Part shown: piece by piece, positions 54,376 through 64,000 of the stretch
How the letters are laid out: each line of letters opens with the position of its first letter
Position numbering within the stretch: the stretch's first letter is position 1
From: Squalus acanthias
Lineage: Eukaryota
Length of the DNA: 64,000 nucleotides
Reading direction: 5' to 3'
NCBI GenBank assembly: GCA_030390025.1
Contig: CM059432.1
Span: 67,582,001 to 67,646,000, forward strand
The notes under the pieces: generated by a model
The model's input: only the letters and a program-made list of their open reading frames with translations
What the model was told of the DNA's origin: nothing
The model's database searches: none
Position numbers and translations under genes: made by a program

Positions 54376-55557
54376 CTAGAGCCCACGCAGCCTGCCTACC
54401 TGTGTCCTTTTAAAAGACACGCACAGGAGGGGGTCTGCGGTGAGGAGGCCAGGTTAAAAGAGCAGGCCTTGCGGGAGGAGAACGCCCGCTTAATAGGGAA
54501 AATAGATGGGCTGGAAGGGCAGCTTAGAGAGCAGGCCCTGCGGGAGGAGAATGCCCGAGCAATGGGAAAGTTAGACGTGCTCAGGCTAGAAGGGCAGCTT
54601 AGAGAGATAAAAACAGCCTACAGGGTAGCCAGGAGCAGGGAGTATGAGGATTTAAAACAGGATAGAAATCTGCAGCCTCCAGCAGGTGAGATTTCACAGA
54701 AACAAGCAGGGGCGGTGGCCTGTCTTAAGGGAGGGGCCAGACCTGCGAGTGGGGAAGCACAGCCCCAGGTAGGACCACAAGGCACACAGGCAGGCATAGC
54801 AGCTTGCATCAGGGGAAGGGACATCCCGGACGATCATGCAGCGTTTTTCTGGAGTTGGGGGTTAGATGACGAAGAACCCAGGGTACCCTGGTCAGATGAG
54901 GATAGTGCAGATGAGCATAGTGATGATGACGGGTGGTTCCTGAGGAACGGTCTGGGGGGAATGGGGCCGATAGGTAGAGATCCACACGGGGTGGACACAC
55001 AAGCTGCAGGTCCCGAGGACAGGAGGGAGGAGCTAGAGGAGGCAGGGCCAGCCGCTATAGGAGCACAGAGAGTACCAATGTGGCTCCCAGAGATGTGGCC
55101 GCCCGCTTTGAACGTCCAGTCCTCAGGGGAGGCAGAGATCACGAGTGAAGGGCCGCCTGCTGGGCCGAGCAGGGCGGAGCCACGAACTGCCAGCCCCGAG
55201 GTTAGGGAGGCGGAGTCAGCGGAGGCGGAGCCGGCGACTGTGATGGAACCCCAGGTCATCCCGTTGGAGGTCTCGGAACCCGGTCCGTCCGTCACGGAAC
55301 CCCCGCCCATAGCAACTCCCCGTAGGTCAAGTAGAGAACCCCAGCCCAGGAGGATGTGGTCATGTCCCCAGACTGCCCCAAGGCGTAGACTTCAGGTTAA
55401 GATAACCCGGGTAGAGACAGGCCACATCGCAGCAGTAACAGGCTGCGGCAGATCAGAGGAAAGGGTCAGCGCAGCAACAGGCTGCGGCAGATCAGAGGGA
55501 AGGGTCAGTGCCCTCCCACCGTCGGGAAGAGCTCGCAGCAGCCTTCTCAGAATTTAA
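54376..55557 (+). CDS. ORF2 of unknown function in the pol position, in frame with gag; likely readthrough extension
   Basis: Open from the gag stop to 55557 with no early ATG; coiled-coil repeats then acidic/Pro-rich low complexity; no DTG/DSG, YxDD, HHCC or DDE motifs. Confidence 0.7.
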   Translation, partial: LEPTQPAYLCPFKRHAQEGVCGEEARLKEQALREENARLIGKIDGLEGQLREQALREENARAMGKLDVLRLEGQLREIKTAYRVARSREYEDLKQDRNLQPPAGEISQKQAGAVACLKGGARPASGEAQPQVGPQGTQAGIAACIRGRDIPDDHAAFFWSWGLDDEEPRVPWSDEDSADEHSDDDGWFLRNGLGGMGPIGRDPHGVDTQAAGPEDRREELEEAGPAAIGAQRVPMWLPEMWPPALNVQSSGEAEITSEGPPAGPSRAEPRTASPEVREAESAEAEPATVMEPQVIPLEVSEPGPSVTEPPPIATPRRSSREPQPRRMWSCPQTAPRRRLQVKITRVETGHIAAVTGCGRSEERVSAATGCGRSEGRVSALPPSGRARSSLLRI

Positions 55558-55868
55558 AGGGGCCGCCCTGAGAACGGGCGGCACTGTAAAGTTATTAGTT
55601 TAAGTTTTAAGTTTATAGTTCAAGGTTAAGTTTTAAGTTTATAGTTCAAGGTTAAGTTTGTAGTTTTAATAAGGCTAAGTTTGTAGTGTTTTTAACAGAA
55701 AACGATAAAATGATGGGAGTTTTAAGGCTAGGTTTAGAGGAAGTCTATTCAGCAAACGTTGAAGTTTACGTGAGGCGAGGTCAGGGGACCCGCTCACCCT
55801 TCACAAAAGCCAGAGACTTTTGCGAGGCTGGCTACCTCATTCTATCTGATCACAGGAACCAAGGAAGG

Positions 55869-58220
55869 ATGGAACGAATTCTAGTATTGCTCGTGGCAAT
55901 CGGATGTGGATTGGCCTATCGAGGCCACACCAAGGATGTCGTGGTGTTTGGATGTTCCGGGGACACGGCCCCCATCGCGGTGGATGGGACCGGAAGACGG
56001 AAGGCAGAGGGGACCAGCACCTATTTCCACAAGGGAAGGTGGCCAGGATGGCTGGGAACGAACTCAACGGAGTATTCCAGCACATCGGGGTTCGCCTACA
56101 AAGAGACTTCTTTAATGTGCCCCAAAGTAAGGATCATCGCACCCAGGATCAGCGTCACCGTCGGCAAACGGATTTGTTTGACCTGTAGTGGGGATGTCCC
56201 ATTGAGCCGATGGTGGTGGCTGCGAAAGCTGAGCAAAACTATGAGAAACTCTTCGGTCGAGTGGGAACGACTGGGTAATAATACCCATCGGACAATTACG
56301 GGGACAGACGGACAAGTGAAAGTCTGTTGGGACAAATGGTGGGAACCGGATGAGGGGATTTATGTATGTATGTGGGGGTCAAAGTACGTTTGCCCCAAAG
56401 GCATCTCCATATTTTTTATTAATCAGTGGCAGGATAACGGACAGGGGATGAGGTGGGATGCGAGCACCAGGGGGTGCGGAGCCCCATTCTCCCCGATCCC
56501 AGTAAATGCCACTGAACTCATTACGCGCCCACGCAAAGCCCCGCCCACGATTCCGGTGGTTCTAGCTGAGGAAGAAGGGTGCCCTAAAGCTAGTAAGGGA
56601 CCCGGGAACGGTTTGGTACTGGTCCCCACAGACCAGATACTATTTCAGGGGGTACATTACGCGGTGGCCTCGGTGATTTTAAATCTCACTGAGGTACGGT
56701 TACCAGAGTGGTGCCCCAAAAAGACGGAACAGTTGTATCAGGTCCTGTTGACCAAGATGTTCAGACAATTTTACGAGTTTGATTTTGCAGAAATTGATAA
56801 GACAAGTTTGTACACCGCACCGCAGGAAGTTTTGGATCAAGTAGGGAGGCAAAGAAGGGGTTTGGTGAACGATGCGTTCACTGCTTTTAACACAGGGACA
56901 TCTGTGGTCAACGCTCTAGACAGTGTGGAGCTGCAGACCCAGATTAATGGTTTAAAAACACAGTTAAAAGACATTCTAACAGATGAGAATAAAGTGGTAG
57001 GGTCAGGTCTGCACGAGGACCAAGCCATGACTCTCCATTTAAAGGAAATTATAGCAGAGCTGGAGAAACATGCGCGTACGGTAAATGCCCTGATCAGGGA
57101 AGATCGGAATGCATCCGATCAAGCTGCGCAGAACGAGGTGTGCGTGCTTTACGGGGCGTGGTTACTGGGCGAGGGCCGCAGTAATTTGGAGGATTTAAAA
57201 CAAGGTTTGGTTCCGTCCTGGATAAGTAACAAACACCTACGGGCGCTTCACCCTTTTCAGAACGCATTAAGTCCGTGCCAGCTCAGGCTAGCTTCAGAAG
57301 CTTACCCAGTCCCCGTGGACTGCGGACGTTCAAACCATACTATTATGGGAATAGTATTACGCATGCCGGTTTTGGGCAACACAGCAAAGCCCGCCCCGGT
57401 ATATCGGGTAGAGAACATTGGTGTCATTCAGGGGGGAGCCCACATTCGTTATGCAGCGGTTCCACCTTACGTCATCCGCTGGGAGCAAACGATGACAGGT
57501 ACAGATCTCTCTGGTTGTCGTGGCAGGGGAGCACACATAATACTGTGCCCCCAGCACTTGAATGCCTTTTTAACACCACAGTGCGGGTTCAGAACGGCTG
57601 GCGCCAAGTCCATGAATTGCACCATGGAGGCAATGGCACAAGATCATGTGCCTCCGCAGGTAGCATACATCGGGGGTGGAACATATTGTGTTACCACTGC
57701 AGCGCAACACTACCAGCATGGAAACCGTAGCCGGTGTCCGGTGAGTGACAGCAGTTTCTGTTTTAAACCCAGGGCTGAAGTTCAAGTAGCACAACAGCGA
57801 ATCATCCCAATCCCTGAACCATCCACTGTTCACCTCACAGTAAAAGAGAATTTCACCGACTTGCAGCGATTTGTCGCGCATTTTGGATACCTCATTCCCC
57901 CTCTCCCTGAGCATTTAACCAAACTTCTGAAAGCCGTCGCGGTATCACAGAAACATTTTTATACATTAGAGCAGAAAACTGTCGAAATAGGAACAGACAT
58001 TTTGGACATAGTGGTTCCACCGTGGTGGAATCTGTTCACCAATATTGAAGTGCCTTCATGGATCAGAATAGCCTCCCACATTTTAGTCGTCTGTCAAGTG
58101 TTTATTGTAGTGTACCTATTGGTCATACATTGTAAAAGAGACAAGCGCCTCACCAAGCATGAAAACACGGGAGAGTGGCGAGAACGTTACGTGCGCGTGC
58201 ACGATGAGAGCACCGTGTAA
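55869..58220 (+). CDS. env: Envelope / class I fusion glycoprotein, 783 aa, with N-terminal Ig-like domain
   Basis: Signal peptide MERILVLLVAIGCGLA; furin site RQRR 56847-56858; fusion peptide and heptads GLVNDAFTAFNTGTSVVNALDSVELQTQINGLKTQL; Cys-rich region; TM IASHILVVCQVFIVVYLLVI; about 10 NxS/T sequons. Frame is open from 55686. Confidence 0.92.
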   Translation: MERILVLLVAIGCGLAYRGHTKDVVVFGCSGDTAPIAVDGTGRRKAEGTSTYFHKGRWPGWLGTNSTEYSSTSGFAYKETSLMCPKVRIIAPRISVTVGKRICLTCSGDVPLSRWWWLRKLSKTMRNSSVEWERLGNNTHRTITGTDGQVKVCWDKWWEPDEGIYVCMWGSKYVCPKGISIFFINQWQDNGQGMRWDASTRGCGAPFSPIPVNATELITRPRKAPPTIPVVLAEEEGCPKASKGPGNGLVLVPTDQILFQGVHYAVASVILNLTEVRLPEWCPKKTEQLYQVLLTKMFRQFYEFDFAEIDKTSLYTAPQEVLDQVGRQRRGLVNDAFTAFNTGTSVVNALDSVELQTQINGLKTQLKDILTDENKVVGSGLHEDQAMTLHLKEIIAELEKHARTVNALIREDRNASDQAAQNEVCVLYGAWLLGEGRSNLEDLKQGLVPSWISNKHLRALHPFQNALSPCQLRLASEAYPVPVDCGRSNHTIMGIVLRMPVLGNTAKPAPVYRVENIGVIQGGAHIRYAAVPPYVIRWEQTMTGTDLSGCRGRGAHIILCPQHLNAFLTPQCGFRTAGAKSMNCTMEAMAQDHVPPQVAYIGGGTYCVTTAAQHYQHGNRSRCPVSDSSFCFKPRAEVQVAQQRIIPIPEPSTVHLTVKENFTDLQRFVAHFGYLIPPLPEHLTKLLKAVAVSQKHFYTLEQKTVEIGTDILDIVVPPWWNLFTNIEVPSWIRIASHILVVCQVFIVVYLLVIHCKRDKRLTKHENTGEWRERYVRVHDESTV

Positions 58221-58631
58221 TCGGAAAATGGCGTCACTCCCGCTCGCCGCGTGCGCCGCGGAAGTTTGTACTCATTGTAAATACGTTGGAAACTCGACAT
58301 GTTTAAGAGTTGGGATTTGTTTATTTTGGTGATGGTGTTGATTGTTTGGTTTTGGGTTTTGTTTTTTCCTTTCCCTGAATAAAAGACAAATATACAGGTG
58401 ATGCGTGAGGTATCGGCCTGGTTACGCCGGGAAGGAAAACAAGTGGTGTAAGTTTAAGGGCAAATGATGCCTACGGTGATATAAAATGTGATTTTCTTGG
58501 GAAATAAGGACGACACAGAGACCCTAGTTAAGTTAAAATTTATGGGATTAATTTACTGGATTCGGAGTGAAATCGAGATAAGATTGCTCACCACTGTGAT
58601 TTTTGATACGATAAGCGGAGTTATTCGCATC

Positions 58632-58643
58632 AACAGGAGGGAC
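58632..58643 (+). promoter_or_regulatory. Polypurine tract
   Basis: aacaggagggac immediately before the TG of the 3' LTR. Confidence 0.75.
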
Positions 58644-60359
58644 TGTAGAATTCGCAATATATCGCGATTTGATTAATAAGGAGAAAACACAAAGTTTCGT
58701 TCAAACAGCTTTTATTTCAGCAGAATGCTGTCAGGTTTAAATTGGACACAAGCAGCCTGTAAAATGGCCGCCGCACCTCGTGACAGAACATTCTAGACTT
58801 TTCAACAGGCAGACAAGATGGCGTTCCATTAAAAACATTTGTACAAGATCAATAACGATTCAGCACAGTGAAGATAATACACGAGACATTATGGGTTTAC
58901 AGTATAAACATAGATACTGGAATCGGTCTCCCAGGTACAAAGGAAAGCCATTGTACCGAGTAATCAAGGGCCCATCCAAAGGACATTAATATGTAAACTC
59001 CCAACGACTCTACGATGAGAGAGCCGTTAGCAGGTAGTTATACAGGACACTTGGAAGCCCCAAACCCCTCCAGGGAGAACACCGACCGATTTAACAATGG
59101 GAGAAGTATTAACAGGTACTCAAACATTCATGAGTAGCCCGAAACCCATTAAGAAACGGAGATCACCCATACAAGACATTTGGGCGCCAAACCCTAAACA
59201 AAAGAATGGACATTATAGTTGGGCGGGAAACGGAAGATTTTTGCACTATAATTGCAGGCCCCAAACCGTCCACTCGCTCTCTTGTCTCTTGCCTCTTGCC
59301 TCGTGCTCTTGTTCGTGCTCCTGCGTTCGCTCGATTGCTCCTGTGTTTTATCCGGTCGATTCGTAACCTCGTGGCTGCTCCTGTGTACTCGTAGTTGGGC
59401 TTTCTGCGTGCCTGTTGCCTCTTTGAAAAGACTGTTGAACTTTCTGATCCGTTCGGATCTACCTCGTGTCGCGTAACGAAGACCTATGTTGGTAACTGGC
59501 AGCGGAACCAAAGGCCCGAGATGAGATGAGATGAGATGAGAGGAGAAGAGAAGAAGACCATATCCATCGCCACGGTCAGTAAATCCCGACCGCGCCTGTA
59601 GGTCGATCAGCCAAGTTTTCTCGCCAGGAAGTTTTCCTCTTTAAACTTCTAAGGAGGTTGGAACGTGGAAAACACATCGTATCAATGATATTGACAACGG
59701 TGCTCCAAGACTAATCTGTGAAACCCACCAACAGAGGTCTTCATCACAGCAGACGGTCCAGCCTACTAGCCGGAGCAGCAGAAGCAAGTAAACAAGTGGG
59801 ACCAGGAGATCTCCTGACCGACACGTGGGTGCTGCGGTGAAAAACATCCGATCAGCTATTCGGAATTTCTCCGAGTTATCACGAGTGGTGAGCATGAGTC
59901 TCGAGATCCTACGAAGCTAGTTTAGGATAGATATTGATAGGGGAGGGTTTAAAGATTAAGGATATTTGTAATGTGTGCCCCTATTTACGTTGTGCCGTTC
60001 GTTCCTCGTTTCCCTAAGATCGACTATATAACCGTTTGTAAGATTGTACTGTCATTAATCTGTGCTTATGACATGTATTTCATAATTTTAAGTATCATGC
60101 AATAAAGATTTTCCATTTCGTACCATTCAAACCAAGTCTACATGAGTTTTATCTCCATTACTGCTCTCGCATCTAAGTCCAGTGTCTAGAACCGTAAGGG
60201 AGAGTGATTCGAACCACTCACAGGTGTGTCTAGTGTTCCCAGACTGGCTGGAGACCAGAACAGGCAACCAGGCCTAGACCCACACTGACATACAGGCTGC
60301 ACAGAGCCGCGTGAATCTCACAGGCTACGAGACACGCAGGGTCAGGGAAATCCCTTACA
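58644..60359 (+). repeat. 3' LTR (1716 bp)
   Basis: By eye about 3 substitutions and 4 small indels versus the 5' LTR; AATAAA 60101-60106. Confidence 0.97.
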
Positions 60360-61999
60360 CGCCCCACTCGCACCCCAGCCACAATCTTCAGTAGCACCCC
60401 TGACTTACCGCAGAACGATTTGTCCAACGGGCTCAGGGGGGCCTACCTGCAGCTGGGGCGGTGCTAATTAAAGGCGAGGTGCCGGGCGGCCATTTTTGTT
60501 GATGGCCGCCTGCCAGCACCTGCCTTCGTTGCCGTCCCTGGCCTCCTGAGCACCCCCCCCCCCGCCCCCCATGATGTGCCGGCTGTGCTCCATGAGCCCA
60601 GCAATTCTCTTGAGTGCCGGGCTCTTTTGCCGGCACTCCGATCCCGGTGGCCCAGCTGGGCTCCGGGTCACGCTGCGCAAGGCCCCTCCCCTTTAAGAAG
60701 GGGAGGAAGGCCTGCAATACCACGGCACATAGCACCACAATATTCCTTCGCAGCGCCCCAAGAGGGAGGCGGGGCACTTCCAGTAGCGCCCCGCTTCCCT
60801 CTTGGGGCGCTACCGATGAATTTCGGCCGCGGGGACGCTAAAAGTAGCCACCCGATACACGCCTTCTGCAGTTGTCAGTGTTTTCGATCGGTGCTGCTGC
60901 AGGGGGCGGAAGTCAATTTCGGGTATGGGGCGCTACCGGGGTGATGCGCACGGCGATGACATCACAATTTCCGGGTGAAGGAGATCGAGGCGCATCACTG
61001 TAGCGCTGCCGCAAAACTCCCGCTGAATATGGCAGGAGTTGATGTCAGCGCCCCGCCCGGTCGCAAAGCCATTTGCGCCCCGTTAGTGACCCCCTGGGCT
61101 ATATGATGCATACCCAGGGGCACTAACGGGAGGCACAAAGGCACCCAATTTCACCCCCTGAGAACCTTGCTGGTTTTTATAACCAGAGGCAAATTTGTTG
61201 TACTGCAGGACTGAGCTGAGAAAAGCAGACTCCCCCATGAACAACTCATTTGCTTTGAAATCTAGGATAAAGCTGTTGCACTTTCTGTACAAAGACCATG
61301 CTACTGGTAGGCAACCAGTGGAGGAAATTTGTGCAGTGGGTGGAAAATAAGTGAGTTCCCAAATTTATGGTCCTCACCTGCAGAATTTTCACTTTTACCA
61401 GGAATTTCCAAGCTATTGTAATGCATGTTATAGAAAGATTGGTACCAAAATGAACATTTCAAATGACCATATTTAGTTGCTAGATGGCCCTATTGGGAAA
61501 GATATCAAGCCCTTTTTAAAAATTTTATAATTTGTACTTTACCATGTGTATCACACTGTCCAGTAATTTATAATTTATTCAGTAAGCTGGCCAGTAGCAA
61601 TATTTAATTATTGATTTCTTTTTTAATGATCCAATCCGAGCTATTAACACGCTGTCAACAAATTATAGAATTACTTGGCCAGTTGCTGATCTAAAAACTG
61701 CTAATGGCACATCAACCACTGTGACTTTAGTCTTTTTCTATTATAATTCTCATTTGGAGAGGTCATGCTCATGTAATTAGGTGCAACCTCCTTGTCAGAA
61801 AATGTCACACATGTTTTGGAATTTTGGTAATCCGTTTTAAAAAATAAGCTTTGTATAAAGATTCTAATTTCAATGGTAAGACTAGACTGGATATATCTTG
61901 CTTACTAATCGATCTCCTGAGACATTGCTCATAGGTAGTCAAGGCCAAGGGCACTTTTCAGATCTGGCAGGGTTAGAAGGTGGGTGATAATCAAACCAA

Positions 62000-62477
62000 G
62001 ACTGGGGAAGGGAGAGTAAGCAGATGATAGGGGGAGAAAGAAAGGAGAGGCGAGGGAGAGACAGGGAGGGGAAGAGGGAAAAGAGGGGGAGAGAGAGAGG
62101 AATAGCAGGGAGAGGGGAAAGGAGATGAGGGGAACAGAGAGGGAGGAGAGAAGCGAAAGGAGAGGATGGAAAGGATGAGAATGGGGAAGGAGATTGGAAT
62201 GGACTGAGAAGGGGAGTAGAGTGTAAGGATGGGGGAAAGGACCGGGGGAAGAGGAGGGGATTGAGAGTAGAGGAAAGGGGAGGAGCAGAGAAGGGGAGAG
62301 GAAGGATGGGGAGGAGGACTGGGTGGAGGCCGTGGGGGAGTGGAGAGGACAGGAGAGGAGTGGATGGGGAGCAGAGAGGGGTAGGGAATAAATAAAGGAG
62401 AGCATACAGGGAGGGAGGTGGGGAGAGGGTCAGGCCAATGCATGGGGTGAGGGAAGAGGAGAGAAGAGAGGGAAAGT
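62000..62477 (+). repeat. GA-rich polypurine low-complexity tract
   Basis: About 480 bp almost entirely G/A on the + strand. Confidence 0.9.
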
Positions 62478-62587
62478 GATATTTATGGTACCTTGCATAT
62501 TGTTAATTGAACATTAGATGGCCCGCTGGAGGGAGTAAGCACATTGTAGCAATTACACTCCAAGATCTCTCTTGTATTGCTCTGGTT

Positions 62588-62727
62588 ACATAGATACATA
62601 GAAGATAGGAGCAGGAGTAGGCCATCCGGCCCTTCGAGCCTGCTCCGCCATTTAATGAGATCATGGCTGATCCTTCAATTCAGTATCCCGTCCCCGCCTT
62701 CTCTCCGTAACCCTTAACCCCTATTCT
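62588..62727 (-). mobile_element. CR1 3' UTR fragment
   Basis: acatagaagataggagcaggagtaggcc...cctgctccgccatt mirrors the CR1 tails at ~36520-36580 and ~40180-40248. Confidence 0.75.
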
Positions 62728-63291
62728 TTGACGGAATTTTCTAGAGGGTCTGAAAATAAAAGTAATTAGTTATTATCACATCACTACGAGTGGTTAGTTG
62801 GACATAACAAAAATCACTTACAACATAATTGGTACAGAAGCAGGAGGCAGCAGCCATGTTAACACAAACTGTGTGCGGAGCCCACCAGTGATTCACATAA
62901 GCAATTTATTTCTTTAAAATAGTTTAGATTCTTTGATTAGCTAAGTAGTGACAGCTAACTGACCAGACAGCCAAGGAAACTGGAATTTATCTTCAGTGAC
63001 CACTTATCAGTCAATAACAGTCACTACCCACTGCTTCAGCGATTAACACACACAAATTTGTACTTGTAACTTGTAACTGTTACTGCAATCCACCTTTCCA
63101 CCCTTCTGCTTCTGTGCCAGCCGCCTTGCAAATGATTCAATTTGGATCAAGCTTCTTTTGGGCCTAGTTCAAATAAGGAGATCCTAGTGATAAGTGGGAC
63201 CTAAACCATCCTTTTTGTTTCATTGATTTGGCCTCCATTTACCGCTACAAACAAGAATGAATAAGCCAGTAGTCAAATATTGCAGTTAAGG

Positions 63292-64000
63292 TGTAAGGGT
63301 TTTTGTGTGTGACAACGCCTGTGGCTCTGTGCTCAGCCTGGGTGCTAGTGCGAGGTTAGGCCTTGTTGCCTGTTTTGGTCTCCAGCCAGTCTGGGAGCAC
63401 TAGACACCTGTGAGTGGTTCGACCCACTCGCCCTTACGGTTCTGACACTGGACTTAGATGCGAGAGCAATAATGGAGAGAAAACTCAGGTAGACCCGGTT
63501 GAATGGTACGAAATGGAAAATCTTTATTGCATATTATTCAAGATTACGAAATACATGTCATAAGCACAGATTAATGACAGGACAATCTTACACGCAGTTA
63601 TGTAACTAATTTTAGGGAAACGAGGAACGAACGACACATCGTAAATGGGGGCACACATTACAGTTATCCTTAAAACTTAAACCCTCCCCTATCAATACCT
63701 GCTCTAAACTAGATTTGTAGGATCGAGACTCATGCTCACCACTCGTGATAACTCGGAGAATTCCGAAAACTCTGCTCGGATGTTTTTAGCGCAGCACCTG
63801 ATCACCCACGTGTTGATCAGGGGTCTCTGTGCCCCACTTGTTTACTCGTTTCTGCTCCGGCTAGCAGGCTGGACCGTCTGCTGTCATGAAGATCTGTGTT
63901 GTCCTCGGAGTTCCGATACGACTCAAAAAATAGTCTTCCTGTGCCCTCGCCCCGATGCGATAAAACTCGAAGAATGGTCTTCCGATGCCAGTTCTGTAAA
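63292..64000 (-). mobile_element. LTR of the provirus family, running off the window end
   Basis: tgtaaggg start; reverse complement aligns to ~51900-52559; no PBS on its left flank, so it is a 3' or solo LTR. Confidence 0.93.

Larger units (their letters stand above)
50847..60359 (+). mobile_element. Young pol-less LTR element / endogenous retrovirus-like provirus: LTR-PBS-gag-ORF2-env-PPT-LTR
   Basis: Paired LTRs, TSD CGCC (50843-50846 / 60360-60363), PBS, PPT, three uninterrupted ORFs, no RT/IN/PR motifs. Confidence 0.97.
50650..61157. mobile_element. ~1-kb GC-rich Harbinger-type MITE split by the provirus (50650-50846 and 60360-61157)
   Basis: ~40-bp TIRs gggggaaattcagttgctttgcacctcccgttagcgccc / gggcactaacgggaggcacaaaggcacccaatttcacccc; CTG on both flanks. 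Confidence 0.8.

Noticed and set aside
55686..55868. Extra 61 N-terminal codons of the 844-aa env ORF call
   Set aside because: Starts at GTG and precedes a clear signal peptide and a candidate splice acceptor; ATG 55869 preferred, though a long leader peptide from ATG ~55710 cannot be excluded.
61929..62443. 158-aa and 150-aa Ser/Pro/Leu ORFs
   Set aside because: Artefacts of the polypyrimidine strand lacking stop codons.
1..64000. CRISPR array or prokaryotic operon
   Set aside because: No repeat-spacer array; content is entirely vertebrate-type interspersed repeats.

Overview
Repeat-saturated vertebrate genomic DNA, most likely from a shark or other cartilaginous fish (inferred from the Deu-domain SINEs and the CR1 families present). 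No host protein-coding gene can be firmly supported. The background is decayed CR1 LINEs, a second APE-RT LINE family, Deu-SINEs, PIF/Harbinger transposons with their MITEs, and solo LTRs. The standout is a very young 9.5-kb LTR element at 50847-60359. It has two ~1.7-kb near-identical LTRs, a 4-bp TSD (CGCC), an 18-nt tRNA-Arg PBS and a PPT, but NO pol. It encodes (i) an intact Gag with coiled coil, PSAPPSY late domain and CCHC knuckle; (ii) an in-frame ORF of unknown function where pol should be, reached through a TGA-CTAG readthrough context; and (iii) an intact Env with signal peptide, an Ig-like domain, a furin site and a ~453-aa Cys-rich fusion subunit. That subunit looks more like a paramyxo/pneumovirus-F or lokiretrovirus-type protein than a classical retroviral TM. 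Two more LTRs of the same family lie in the window. All alignments were made by eye and family assignments are from memory, not database searches.
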